Shown in pieces: positions 35,347 to 46,671 of a stretch of 64,000 nucleotides of DNA (position 1 is its first letter; the number at the start of each line of letters is the position of its first letter). A program made the position numbers and the translations under genes. A model generated the notes under the pieces. It saw nothing but the letters and a program-made list of their open reading frames with translations. It had not been told where the DNA came from and did no database searches. This DNA comes from an uncultured delta proteobacterium (lineage in GTDB: Bacteria > Desulfobacterota > Syntrophobacteria > Syntrophobacterales > Syntrophobacteraceae). Location: positions 96,001-160,000 of the forward strand of contig CAWEHK010000033.1 in NCBI GenBank assembly GCA_963808625.1, written 5' to 3'.

Positions 35347-36356
35347 TCACTTCAATGCATGATCGACCAGGTCTTCAAAGTCAGCGGCAGTCTCGCAGTT
35401 TCTCATTTGCCGCCACAATAAGCGCAACATTTCATGACTGCGAATCTGATGGAGTTTGTCGACGAGGCGCTGAGACGGAAGCCCGAAGCGCATTTCCATA
35501 ATTTCCAGGATTATCTCACACGCTTCTTGAAAGCCTCTCTACCTTCCAACAGCCCTCTTTTCTCACCTTCCAACAGCCCTTTTTTCTCACCCTCCTGAAA
35601 CCATTGTTCTGCAAGCGTCGGCATAATTGTCTCTCCTTCCGGCATACCGGAGATGGCTCTTTTGAAATCGTCTCTGCTCAGTTTATCCGTACCCTGAACA
35701 AGGTAGCGGAAAAGCACCTCCAGGTATTTAAGCCCTTTATCCTTTTCTGCCAAGTCCCGCAACAAATCGAGGATGCCTGGAAGTTTTTGGGGCAGCTCAT
35801 CTTTCAGGGCATATTTCATGGTGAGCAGCATCACTCGGGCTAACACGCCGCCTTTAATCTGTTCATCGCTATACTCTGAGAGGTCATAAACAATGAACTG
35901 AAAATCAGGTACATAGGGGTGTAGCGCTTGTTGGTCCAAATCCAGAAGATCCTTGAATCGATGGCCAACGTCCCACGCGCCGGTTCCCTGATAAAGCACC
36001 AATGGCAGGATGGCGGGCAGGTCTCGTTTCGTAGACTGCTGAAGATGCAGTTCCCAAATCCGGATTATGTATTTCAGAAGCTGAAAAGCGGTGTATCGAT
36101 CAGGAAAATTCTTGTGCTCAAACAATATATAAATGAAGGCGCGGCTGCCGGCCAGCTTCACCTCATAGAGCAGGTCGGAAAAGAATTCTCTGAGCTCCTC
36201 ATCGACAAACGAATCCTTCCTGATTTCCATTGTCTCGAGATCTAAAATCTGAAGAATATCTGCTGGCAGGTAATTGGCAAGGAAGTCCGCCGCCGTCTTT
36301 TTCTCAGAAAAGACCTCTTTAAAGAACTTGTCATGAGGATTCGTTATCTTGTGCAC
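35347..36356 (-). CDS. Rpn family (YhgA-like) PD-(D/E)XK nuclease; frameshift near 35530
   Basis: NPHDKFFK, FSDLLY, ILFEHK, LPLVLYQG, MPTLAEQWFQEG followed by EGEKKGLL repeats; start codon uncertain. Confidence 0.88.
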
Positions 36357-37460
36357 AGTTAAGATCCCACAGTGTTTGTCGTCGCTGCTGTTGCCAACTT
36401 TTGCCTCCATTTGGATGTTTTGCAAGGACACAACCATACGCGATATTAGCGCAATTGGTTCAAAAAAACTATTCTTCCTTCCCTTTAATTTCGGTCACCA
36501 GGGTGCTGACTTCACGGATTATGCGATGTTTGGTCGGAAGCATTTTTAGCAGCGCTGCTCGTGCGTTGTACCCAGAACGAATCCTTGACTCTTCCAAAGA
36601 ACCCGTAATATCGTGATGCTCTTTTGGTAAGTTCTTTCACTGTTCCATTGATCTGGCGTTGGGCACAACATCTGTTGACTGGCGGGCGGGTGAGGTGGTA
36701 GCTTAAATTCCCAAGAAGCATGCTTTAACCCTACTTGGTGATTCACCTGTTGCCATTCTGACTTGAGGAGGGATGCCATGATGTGCGCGCAAAGGTTTTT
36801 GTCTTCCGGCCACTCTTGGCGTTTTTCGTTCAGATCCTGGATTTTTGGGGTGAGATGCTGGGATTTTTCGTGATTTTTTGTCTCGTCCTTGGCTCTGAGG
36901 TGGGTGCATGGGTGAGCCCTCTTTGGTTCTGCCCATGCTCCGTTGAACATCGGAGAGAATCGTGAAATGTCAATGGCAGCAATTCCCGCTGGAGCAGCCA
37001 AAACGGATGTTTTTGAGGTCGAAGTGTCAACATAGAGCGTCGAGTCGGGGTAATATACCAGACACTGGGTTGATTTAAAGCTCAGATCGAGGTTTTTTCT
37101 CAAGAAGGGACGGTTGGTTGCCCAACGAAGGCAATATGACTCACCGGGAATCTGAGACCAAGCCGATCAGTAGTTTTCCAATAGTGGGTAATGACTCGTA
37201 AAAGGATTTATGGAAGCAGGTTACGATGTATCGTCAAGAAACACTGGGCGGAGATTTTGAGGTCCGGCAACTATCGCGCGGTAGAGCATTTCCATGGATT
37301 CAACGTTATTGTTCAGGGGACAAACGGGCAGGTACTTCAAGAGTGGCGCGCGCTGCCATAACCCTTAAGTGAGTTGGGACCGGGGTCCAAGTCAAAGAAG
37401 CCCGCGAGCCCGATAGTGTTTTTGGCCAGAGTCGCTCTGGCACATGACAGGGAGGGAATC

Positions 37461-39401
37461 ATGAAGCTGAGAATCAATATTCTATTATTTTTGCTTTTCG
37501 TTATGCTGACGTCTCAAGTTCTCGCAGAGCCTCTGGATCATTGGAATCTGCGGAACCCCCTGCTGGCTAACGCCCAAAGGGTACCGACCTACGTTAATAA
37601 CACCTTCATCTCCATCGGAAGTTCTGGCAGGATCACCACATCTCCTAATGGCGTAAAATGGACCAATAGAATCTCGGGCACTGAGGCGGCGCTGGATGAT
37701 ATCGCCTACGGCAACGGCCTAATTGTTGTTACCGGATCTGGCGGCACCATCCTCACATCATCAGATGGGGAGTCCTGGACGTCAAGATTATCGGGAACGA
37801 GTGAATATCTCGGAGCTGTCGTTTATGCTAATAACCTATTTGTTGTCATTGGATCTGGCGGTACCATCCTCACATCTCCTGACGGGGAGTTGTGGACCTC
37901 AAGGCAATCCGGAACGAGCGAAAGTCTCCAGGCGATAACTTATGGCAACAACACGTTCGTCGTTCATTCTTACTGGGGCAATCTCATCCTCACCTCACCA
38001 GACGCGGAGACTTGGACAGTTAGACAAACAGAAGAAAGGTTGCGCAAAATAGCTTTTGGCAACGGTACGTTTGTTGCCACAACGGTCACTGGCACCATCG
38101 TCACCTCACCAGACGGAGATACTTGGACAGTCAGATCATCGGGAAGTACTTATACTTGGAATATAACTTATGCGAATAACATATTCCTCGCTTTCGGAGA
38201 CAGTTGGAAAATCTTTACGTCCCCAGACGGAAACACCTGGACCAAGCGATCATCAGGAACATGGCAGGGGGTCACCGGCATAACTTTTGGCAATAACATG
38301 TTCGTTGCCTGGGGATATGGTGGTATTATGCTCTCATCTCCCAACGGGAATAAATGGAGAAAGCGGTCATCAGGAACTACCGCAAGTGTGGTTGGAATAA
38401 CTTACGGGAACAACACATTCGTAGCTTTGGCCAACGATGGTATTGATGAGAGGTATGAAATCCTTACATCCAAAGATGGGAAAGAATGGGTTAAAAGATT
38501 GGCAGGAACCTATGCTTCTCTCCTCGGAATAACCCATTGCAACGGTATCTACGTTGCTGTAGGACACAACATGACAATCCTTGCCTCTGCAAACGGGGAA
38601 AAATGGACAAAGATTTCTTTGGCAGGTCCCGACTGGAGCTACTACACGGAGGACTACGACCTAGGGGGCATAGCCTGCGGTAATCACACCCTCGTTGCTT
38701 TTGGTGATGGCGGCACAATTATCACCTCCCAGGATGGGAGACTCTGGACGAATACCAGTGGGGGTGAAGGATACTTCAACGCTATAGTCTATGGCAATAA
38801 GATATTTGTTGCCACGTCATCTTGGTATGGAGACAACACGGAGACGCTGTACCACGAACTTTGGACTTCCACAGACGCGAAAACGTGGACATATCGGTAT
38901 GCCACGAATCAACCACATCAAATAATGGCCTATGGCAATAAAGTATTTGTAGGTGTTAGGTACGACCGTCAGAAGAAGTGCGATACCATCGTCACATCAC
39001 CAGACGGGATACAATGGGCCAAAACATCATCAGGAATTACCAAGGGGCTCTATGACATAGCCTACGGCAACGGAATATTCGTTGCGGTTGGCCAAGAGGG
39101 CACGATTCTTACATCAAAAAACGGGAGAACGTGGACAAACAGATCTTTTGGAATCAGTGATAAAAGCATCTACCGAATTGCTTACGGGAACAAAACATTC
39201 CTTGCAATAACAGTAGACGGTACCGTCCTCACATCGCCAGACGGGAAGCTGTGGACTGAGGGATCGGCTGGAGTTGGTGCAACGTTAATGAATGCGATAA
39301 CCTATGGCAATAAATCGTTCGTTGCCGTGGGCGATCAGGGAGTCATTCTCCAGTCAGATTCTCTTAGAGAAAGTGCATCAGTTAGAGAGCTATCGCCATA
39401 G
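37461..39401 (+). CDS. Secreted beta-propeller (BNR/YCF48-like repeat) protein
   Basis: Signal peptide and many ~38-aa repeats ITYGNNTFVAVGxxGTILTSPDGxxW; visibly AT-richer than the flanks. Confidence 0.85.
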   Translation: MKLRINILLFLLFVMLTSQVLAEPLDHWNLRNPLLANAQRVPTYVNNTFISIGSSGRITTSPNGVKWTNRISGTEAALDDIAYGNGLIVVTGSGGTILTSSDGESWTSRLSGTSEYLGAVVYANNLFVVIGSGGTILTSPDGELWTSRQSGTSESLQAITYGNNTFVVHSYWGNLILTSPDAETWTVRQTEERLRKIAFGNGTFVATTVTGTIVTSPDGDTWTVRSSGSTYTWNITYANNIFLAFGDSWKIFTSPDGNTWTKRSSGTWQGVTGITFGNNMFVAWGYGGIMLSSPNGNKWRKRSSGTTASVVGITYGNNTFVALANDGIDERYEILTSKDGKEWVKRLAGTYASLLGITHCNGIYVAVGHNMTILASANGEKWTKISLAGPDWSYYTEDYDLGGIACGNHTLVAFGDGGTIITSQDGRLWTNTSGGEGYFNAIVYGNKIFVATSSWYGDNTETLYHELWTSTDAKTWTYRYATNQPHQIMAYGNKVFVGVRYDRQKKCDTIVTSPDGIQWAKTSSGITKGLYDIAYGNGIFVAVGQEGTILTSKNGRTWTNRSFGISDKSIYRIAYGNKTFLAITVDGTVLTSPDGKLWTEGSAGVGATLMNAITYGNKSFVAVGDQGVILQSDSLRESASVRELSP

Positions 39402-39566
39402 GTCCCTTTCGCGAGGCTGAAGCTCTTACCGTGGACTGATGCGAGTCTGTCGAGAACGCCGACCATTTGTTGACGATATCGTTCTGTGATCCTGAACTTT
39501 TCGTTCGCCGATTTTCTCGAAGGAAGGCAGGTATCGCCACTCTCCTAAGCTTTCGATAGACTGGTT

Positions 39567-41104
39567 GTAAGTGTTCACGGGGTCTAGTTCTAAATCCAAG
39601 AAACATCGGGAATTTGGTTTTGGCGTGCGCAGGTGAGAGCTTGAACCAGGACAGGGTACGTAGGAAGATTCCGCAGGCGGCAGGTTTCCCGCAAAGAGAG
39701 AATTCGCTCGACCCAACGGTCCCCTTTTTCGTTGAAGTTCCCCTGCATCATCCGACGCCAGAGCACCGCAAAACGAAGGGCTCTTTCCGCACGATTATTG
39801 GTGGGTTCGACGCCATCTTCCAGGAGAAAGACCCCACAGGCTGCCCATCTCGCTATCCAGCAATCGGGCAAGCCTTCCCGCCTCATCTTTACGGTCCCTA
39901 TGACAGGCGATCAGATGACACATTCGCGCATACCATGTCGCAACTTCTCCTGGCGTCGGAGGGGCATTGGCCCAATGAATCAGACGCTGAAGCTCGGAGG
40001 AAACGCGCTGTCCAAACCAGCTAATGCGCCAAGTCTTTTCTCTGGCCAAGTCCTTTCGCTGTGCGGATGAGATGGGCAAGGCAAGTTTGCCGCAGTTCTA
40101 CCCATTTGCGATATACCCCATAGTTGTCGCTTAACGAGAATCCCTGCCCAGTGTCCGATCAATTCCTCGAAAGCCGCCTTCGACCGGCTGGCCTTCACAC
40201 TGAAGAAGGCCACCGTGCTGTTGACCATTACCCACAGCCAGCCAAGCACCCCGTGCTGGTAGCAGGATGTCTCATCCACATAGTTTACTTTCGAGCTCCG
40301 AGCTTTGGCTGCGATCGCTTCGTAATAGGGAACGATTGCTTGAGACACCCGATCCACACAGCGTTGGATTCCGCCAACGCTAATGGGAATGCTGAGCACC
40401 GATTCGACAGAATTCCTTGACAGACCTACGACTGCAACGTTGGCTACCGCTCAACTCCCCAATCAGAGCTGTCAGCCGTTCACCATATCCAACCTGGAAA
40501 AGTTCCGGGACCGTGCCCCAGAGGTCCTGCCGCAATGGCGTGCAGTCCCCTTCCATCAGGATGAAATGCGTGACTTGCATCACGATTTCTGGAAACTCGA
40601 TATGTTGATGCGTATAGAATGGCCTCAGGTTCTAAAAGTCTTGACATCCGCAGCCACACGGCTTCGGCGGCGCCACCACCTCCTTGGTGGGTGCAAGAAG
40701 CGATTGCTGGTGTCCTTTGTGACCCTCCTTGGCTCCCGGCTTGCAAGTTCCTTTCGACTCTCTCTTGGCTCTCTGATCCGGACGGTCCGACGAGGGAGGA
40801 CGGTTCGAATTCTGCGAGTTCTGCCCTAGCCTCGCTTCCATTTCTCCCACGCGCTTGGTCAGTTCTATAATGAGCTCATGTTGCTGCAAGACCAACAACC
40901 GTACCGCAGATGGCGTCTCTTTCCAGTCCTCTTCGCTGATGGGAAAACCGTTGGGAAGATCCTGCAAACCATCCAGCCACACTCCAATTCCGGTTGCTTT
41001 TCGCCTCGTGTTCAATCTTTCAGTCTCCATTACACGAAAGGGTTGGATTTGTTCTCTCAAAAATGCAGAACCAGGGAAAAATTGCGTACCCCCTGAACGG
41101 TTAT
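39567..41104 (-). mobile_element. IS66-family insertion sequence (single-transposase type, frameshifted)
   Basis: Transposase 39590-41030 with NSQNSNRPPSSD, VDETS, EPTNNRAERALR; imperfect ends GTAAGTGTTCACGGGG / ATAACCGTTCAGGGGG; no target duplication seen. Confidence 0.85.
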
Positions 41105-42451
41105 GGGTTCTTCGCTTTGGCCACTTCTTGACGCCGCTCCAGGATGGTTTCCCGTTGCGTTCCTTCCCAGCCGCGCGCCGTCGGCTCATAAAAAACAGGG
41201 TTCTTCAGCGTTTCGGGTAAGTAATGTTCCGGGATCCAGGCGTCTGGATAATCGTGAGGGTACCGATAGTCTTTGCCGTAGCCAAGCTCTTTCATGAGCA
41301 CCGTCGGGGCATTGCGGATGTGCATGGGGACCGGTGCCGTGCCCGTTTTTCTCGCCAGATCCAGGGCTTTGCCGAAAGCCGTATAGATCGCATTGCTCTT
41401 CGGCGCCAGGGCGAGATAGACGACGGTCTGGGCAAGGGCCAGGTCGCCTTCGGGACTTCCCAGGAACTGATAGGATTGCTGCGCCGCGATGGCTCTGAAC
41501 CATCGCCAGGGGGTCGGCGAGGCCGATATCTTCGACCGCCATTCGCACCAGGCGGCGGGCGATATAGAGGGGGTCCTCCCCGGCGTCCAGCATGCGCGCC
41601 AGCCAATAGAGCGCAGCATCGGGATCACTGCCGCGAACGCTCTTATGCAAAGCGGAAATGAGATTGAAGTGCTCCTCTCCGCCTTTGTCATAATGGACTG
41701 CTTTACGCTGCAAAGCCTCTTCCATGGTTTTGCGATCAACCAAGCGCACGCCGTCCGGTCCCGGAGGCGTGGTCAGGGCTGCCAGTTCGAGGGCATTGAG
41801 GACGATCCGGGCATCTCCTCCCGAGGCCGCGAAGAGGTGCTCTTCCGCTTCTTCGGTGAGCCGGGCCGGGAATTTGCCGAGGCCATGCTCCTCGTCCGCC
41901 AGAGCACGCGCGATGATCCTCCGCAGGTCCTCGATTTGCAGTGGCTCCAGGACCACCACCTGAGCCCTGGAGAGCAGCGGCCGAATGACTTCAAAGGAGG
42001 GATTTTCCGTGGTGGCGCCAAGCAGCAGCAGAGTGCCACGCTCGACGTGGGGCAGGAGAGTGTCCTGTTGGGCCTTGTTCAAGCGATGGATTTCATCCAT
42101 GAACAGCCACGTCCGCTTCTTTTCTCTGGCCCAAACCCCTTGCGCCTCCTCGACTGCGGCGCGGATTTCACGCGTCCCGGCCATGACTGCCGACATGGCA
42201 ATGAGGTGGGTGTCGGTTTGGCAGGCGATAATTCGGGCCAGCGTCGTTTTTCCCGAACCGGGAGGTCCCCACAGAATAAAGGACTGCAGCCTCTGGTTGT
42301 GCAGCACGCGGTGCAGGATCTTGCCGGGACCCAACAGATGGGCCTGTCCGACAAATTCATCAAGGCGGGTCGGGCGCATCCGCTCGGCCAGTGGCGCGCT
42401 GCCCTTCAAGGCCTCTTCGGAGCGTTTCTGAAATGGGCTGAGCTGCTGCAT
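41101..42451 (-). CDS. rarA: Replication-associated recombination protein A (frameshifted)
   Basis: PLAERMRP, WGPPGSGKTT, DEIHR, GATTENP, SALHKSVRGSDPDAA, APKSN. Confidence 0.92.
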
Positions 42452-42460
42452 CAACGGCCT

Positions 42461-43162
42461 CTATTCACCGAGATAAGCCTTGCGCACGCGCTCATCCTGC
42501 AGGAGCTTCTGGCCGGGGCCTTCAAGAGTCACCCTTCCCGTCTCCAGGACATAAGCATAATCAGCCACATTGAGGGCCGCCATCGCGTTTTGCTCCACCA
42601 GCAGAATGGTTGCTCCCTGTTCGTTGATGGTCCGAATCGTCCTGAAAACCTCCTCGACCACCAGTGGCGCCAGGCCCAAAGAGGGCTCATCGAGGAGCAC
42701 CAGCTTCGGCCTGCTCATCAACGCCCGTCCCAGGGCCACCATCTGTTGTTCGCCGCCGCTGAGGGTCCCGGCCAGCTGCGTTTGACGCTCCCGAAGCCGC
42801 GGAAACAAGGAACAGACCCATTCCAATTGCGCCAGGAAGTCCTTGGGACTTTGATGGTAGGCCCCGAGCTCGAGGTTTTCGAGCACCGTCAGATTGGGAA
42901 ACACATGGCGCCCTTCGGGGCTGACCCCAATGCCCCGGCGAATGATCTGGTGAGTGGTCATCTTCCCCAGGTCTTCCTCACCAAACCGGATCGAACCCGA
43001 ACGAGGCCTTACCAGGCCAACGATGGCTCTCAGCGTGGTGCTTTTGCCGGCGCCGTTGGCCCCGATCAGAGTGACGATCCGGCCCGCCTCGACCTTGAGG
43101 TCAACGCCCTTGAGGGCGTGAATACCTCCGTAGTAGACATGGAGATCATTCACTCGAAGCAT
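42461..43162 (-). CDS. livF: BCAA ABC ATPase
   Basis: [26 protein letters not shown]. Confidence 0.92.
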   Translation of the reverse strand: MLRVNDLHVYYGGIHALKGVDLKVEAGRIVTLIGANGAGKSTTLRAIVGLVRPRSGSIRFGEEDLGKMTTHQIIRRGIGVSPEGRHVFPNLTVLENLELGAYHQSPKDFLAQLEWVCSLFPRLRERQTQLAGTLSGGEQQMVALGRALMSRPKLVLLDEPSLGLAPLVVEEVFRTIRTINEQGATILLVEQNAMAALNVADYAYVLETGRVTLEGPGQKLLQDERVRKAYLGE

Positions 43163-43928
43163 GTTTTTTGTCTCCCAGGTAGGCCTTGATCACGTCGGGG
43201 TTACTCTGGATTTCTGCCGGGGTGCCTTCCGCGATGGTGATCCCGTAATCGAGGACCTTCATGCGTTCACAGACACGCATGACGAATTTCATATCGTGCT
43301 CGATGAGGAATATGGTGAGCGCGTATTTCGGGCGCAGCTCCTGAAGCAACTCGGCCAGTTCCATGGTTTCCTGCGGGTTCATCCCCGCTGCCGGCTCATC
43401 AAGGAGGAGGAGGCTGGGGCGGGTGGCGAGGGCCCGGGCAATTTCCAAACGCCGTTGCTGTCCATAGGGCAGAGCGCCGGCCTTTTCCGAGGCCAAATGC
43501 GCCAGCCCCATCTCCTGGAGAAATTCCATGGATTCTTCGCGGATGCGGGCCTCCTCCCGGCGATACCTGGGCAACCCCAGCATCGCTTCCCAGAAATGCG
43601 CCCGAAGATCGTAATGGAAAGAGACCAGGACGTTCTCCAAAACGCTCAGATCGGTGAACAGGCGAATATTTTGAAAGGTCCGGGCAATGCCCTTTGGGGC
43701 AATTTGCTGTGGTGGCAGGCGGGTGATGTTCTCGCCGCGCCAGACAACCCGTCCGGAAGTCGGTGTAAGCGCCCCGGTAATCATGTTGAAAACCGTTGTT
43801 TTTCCGGCGCCATTCGGCCCGATCAGTCCGATCAACTCACCCGGCTCCAGGGTGATCGAGAACTTATTCACTGCGGTAAGACCGCCGAACTGCATGACCA
43901 GATGTTCCAACCTGAAAAAGGCCGTCAT
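43146..43928 (-). CDS. livG: BCAA ABC ATPase
   Basis: [29 protein letters not shown]. Confidence 0.92.
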   Translation of the reverse strand: MTAFFRLEHLVMQFGGLTAVNKFSITLEPGELIGLIGPNGAGKTTVFNMITGALTPTSGRVVWRGENITRLPPQQIAPKGIARTFQNIRLFTDLSVLENVLVSFHYDLRAHFWEAMLGLPRYRREEARIREESMEFLQEMGLAHLASEKAGALPYGQQRRLEIARALATRPSLLLLDEPAAGMNPQETMELAELLQELRPKYALTIFLIEHDMKFVMRVCERMKVLDYGITIAEGTPAEIQSNPDVIKAYLGDKKHASSE

Positions 43929-44077
43929 GAGAAAATCCGTTATTGGCTTTTGGTTGATGGTTGATGGTTAATGGTTGATAGTCGATGGGAGTTGTCCCAT
44001 ACTCTGTCCCTGCTCGCTCCCCCAACCTATTCGTGTGACTTCGCTTTCCTTCGTGTGCCTTCGTGGATGAAATGGTT

Positions 44078-45114
44078 TCATTGCCTGGAAGCCCCCACCC
44101 GCTGCAACCAGTTCCAATTGAGCTCATTGCGTCCCATGATGCCACGGCGGGCAAACACGATAACGATCATCAGGATAAGACTGAATACCACCATCCGCAT
44201 TCCCGGAATGCCCGGAATCGTGAACACGCCAAAATCCATGGGGCGTTCGACGATTCTCAGGGCCTCCCCACCCCAGGCAAAGAGGGCGGCGCCGAGGACT
44301 GCTCCGGTGGTGCTTCCCAGACCTCCCACCACGATCATGATGAGCAGATTAAAAGTGAGGAAGAAGGTGAACAGCGTCGGAGAGATGGTCGTGATCAAGT
44401 GCGCCAGGAGCCCGCCCGCCACCCCGGAAAAAAAGGCGCTGACCAAAAACCCCAGCAGCAAATGCCGATAGGGGTCAACTCCCATCGCCCGGGCGGCGGT
44501 TTCGTCTTCACGAATGGCCTTCATGGCGCGGCCCCAACTGCTGTTGATCAACCTCGCGACGAGGATTACGGTAAGCACCGCCACCCCCCAGGTCCACCAA
44601 AGATTCGTGTGCGGGGCCAATCCCTTGAGGCCGAGGGGGCCGTTGGTCACGCTCTGCAAAGCATTGCAGAAAACGCGCACCACTTCGCCGAATCCCAGGG
44701 TCACGATGGCCAGATAGTCGCCCCGGACCCGGAAAACCGGAAAGCTTATGAGATAGGCAAAGACCGTGGCCATGGCGCCCGCAACCAGGAGTGACACCAC
44801 AAAGGGGACCTGCACCACACTGAGGGGCCAGATGAGCGGCTGGATGATGAAGTTGAGCTGTTTTTCCGCGGAGTCATCGTAAGCAGGGCCGAGGCGTAGG
44901 CCCCAATGGCGATAAAGGCATTGGGACCCAGGTGCAGCACACCACAGAAACCGTTTATGAGATTGTAGCTTACTGCCAGCGTGATAAATATCCCCATGTT
45001 GTTCAGGATGCGAATCTGGTATTCGGTGCCGTAAATATTGAAGAGATAAAGGATAACGAACAAGACGATGATGGCGGCGGCATCGAACCAGGAGTTCCGC
45101 TTCTCGTTATTCAT
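44078..45114 (-). CDS. livM: BCAA ABC permease (frameshifted)
   Basis: RGDYLAIVTLGFGE, AIREDETAA, VVGGLGS. Confidence 0.85.
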
Positions 45115-45145
45115 GATCTTTCCTTTTTGCGACCAAGCCTCCAGT

Positions 45146-45402
45146 CGAAATCCGCAATCCCCCAAAAGCTCTCCACGAAGTCACACGAAGACTAACAAAG
45201 ACACACGAATTGGATTCACTGTCCAGCCATCCGAAATCCGACATCCGCAATCCGAAATCCGACATCTCCCCAAAAGCTGTCCACCAAGTCACACGAAAAC
45301 TCACGAAGACACACGAATTGGATTTACTGTCCAGCCACCCAAAATCCGACATCCGCAATCCCGACATCCGCAATCCGAAATCCGAAATCCGAAATCCGAA
45401 AT
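45146..45402. repeat. ~110-bp tandem duplication made of CACGAAG units and AATCCGA heptamers
   Basis: ccccaaaagct..cacgaag..tggatt.actgtccagcca..aaatccgacatccgcaatc occurs twice between livH and livM. Confidence 0.8.
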
Positions 45403-46295
45403 CAGTTCGTGATCGGCTCACCCATGATTCCGGTAGGTCTGAACAGCAGGACCAGGATCAGGATAACAAAAGCGAAAGCATCTCGATATTGGGCTAAACC
45501 CGGCACGAAGGCCACGATCAGGATTTCCCCGAGGCCCAGCACGAAGCCCCCGATCACGGCCCCGACGATATTCCCTATTCCGCCCAGCACGGCGGCGACA
45601 AAGGCCTTGATGCCCGGGAAGATTCCCATAAAGGGGTTGACCTGCGGGTATTTCATCGCCCACATGATGCCCCCCGCGGCGGCGAGGCTCGAGCCCAGAA
45701 GAAAGGTAATCGCAATGACCCAGTCCAGGTTGATGCCCATCAGCCGGGTGGTTTCAAAATCCTTGGACGCTGCCCGCATGGCCTTACCGACCTTGGTTTT
45801 GAACACGATATAGAGCAGTCCGAAAAGAAGGATGAGCGTAATCGCAGGGGTGTAAATGGTGAGCACTTGCACGTGCAGCCCCATGAAGACAATGACCTTA
45901 TCGAAGATCGGGGGCCTGGGAAAGGCCTTGGGAACGCCGCCAATGAACACCACCGCCAGATTTTCCAGAAGGAACGAGGCCCCGATTGCGGAAATGAGGA
46001 GCGAGATGCGAGGGGCATTGCGCAATGGTTTGTAGGCAGCGCGATCGAGGAGGATCCCCAGGAGGCCCGTCACCAGTACCGCCAGAGGAAAGCTGATGTA
46101 CCAGGGAAGAGTAAATAGCGCGATCGAATAAATCGCCACGTAAGCAGCAAACATCAGGAGATCGCCGTGAGCAAAGTTGATCAACCGCAGGATGCCATAG
46201 ACCATGGTGTAACCAATGGCCACAAGACCATAGAGACTGCCGAGGGAAATGCCATTGATCAGTTGTTGAAGGAAAATCGTCAGATCCACACGCAC
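45402..46295 (-). CDS. livH: BCAA ABC permease
   Basis: QQLINGISLGSLYGLVAIGYTMVYG, KAFVAAVLGGIG. Confidence 0.92.
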   Translation of the reverse strand: MRVDLTIFLQQLINGISLGSLYGLVAIGYTMVYGILRLINFAHGDLLMFAAYVAIYSIALFTLPWYISFPLAVLVTGLLGILLDRAAYKPLRNAPRISLLISAIGASFLLENLAVVFIGGVPKAFPRPPIFDKVIVFMGLHVQVLTIYTPAITLILLFGLLYIVFKTKVGKAMRAASKDFETTRLMGINLDWVIAITFLLGSSLAAAGGIMWAMKYPQVNPFMGIFPGIKAFVAAVLGGIGNIVGAVIGGFVLGLGEILIVAFVPGLAQYRDAFAFVILILVLLFRPTGIMGEPITN

Positions 46296-46528
46296 CTCGA
46301 TCTTGATTCTTTAGTCGGATCACCCGCAGGGTGTCATGCCCGCGAAGGCGGGAACCTGCCATAAAGCCAAATTTAAAAATCCCCGCTTGAGCAGGGATGG
46401 CGACTGGAGGCTATCAGAAGCTCACCGGGCCAATTCCCGCCACAAACATAAAAGTGATGAGCGGATATCATAAAATTTTACGCGGCACTTTCAATGCTCA
46501 AATCGAAAATACCTTACCGGCGGGACAA

Positions 46529-46566
46529 AAAGAAACAGGAAAGCATAAAACTTTCCTGTCTCTTTT
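46529..46566 (-). terminator. Stem-loop after the second livK
   Basis: AAAGAAACAGGAAAG-cataaaa-CTTTCCTGTCTCTTT. Confidence 0.6.
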
Positions 46567-46671
46567 CGCGTTCTGACACGGATGGTTGATCTCATCGCGC
46601 CCCTGACGGCCACGAACTGTCACTGCCAACCATCAACCATCAACGATCAACTATCAACCATCAACCAGACA

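Noticed and set aside
36466..37103. ORF fragments between rpn and the beta-propeller gene
   Set aside because: Protein-like pieces in shifting frames with no recognisable family, so not callable.
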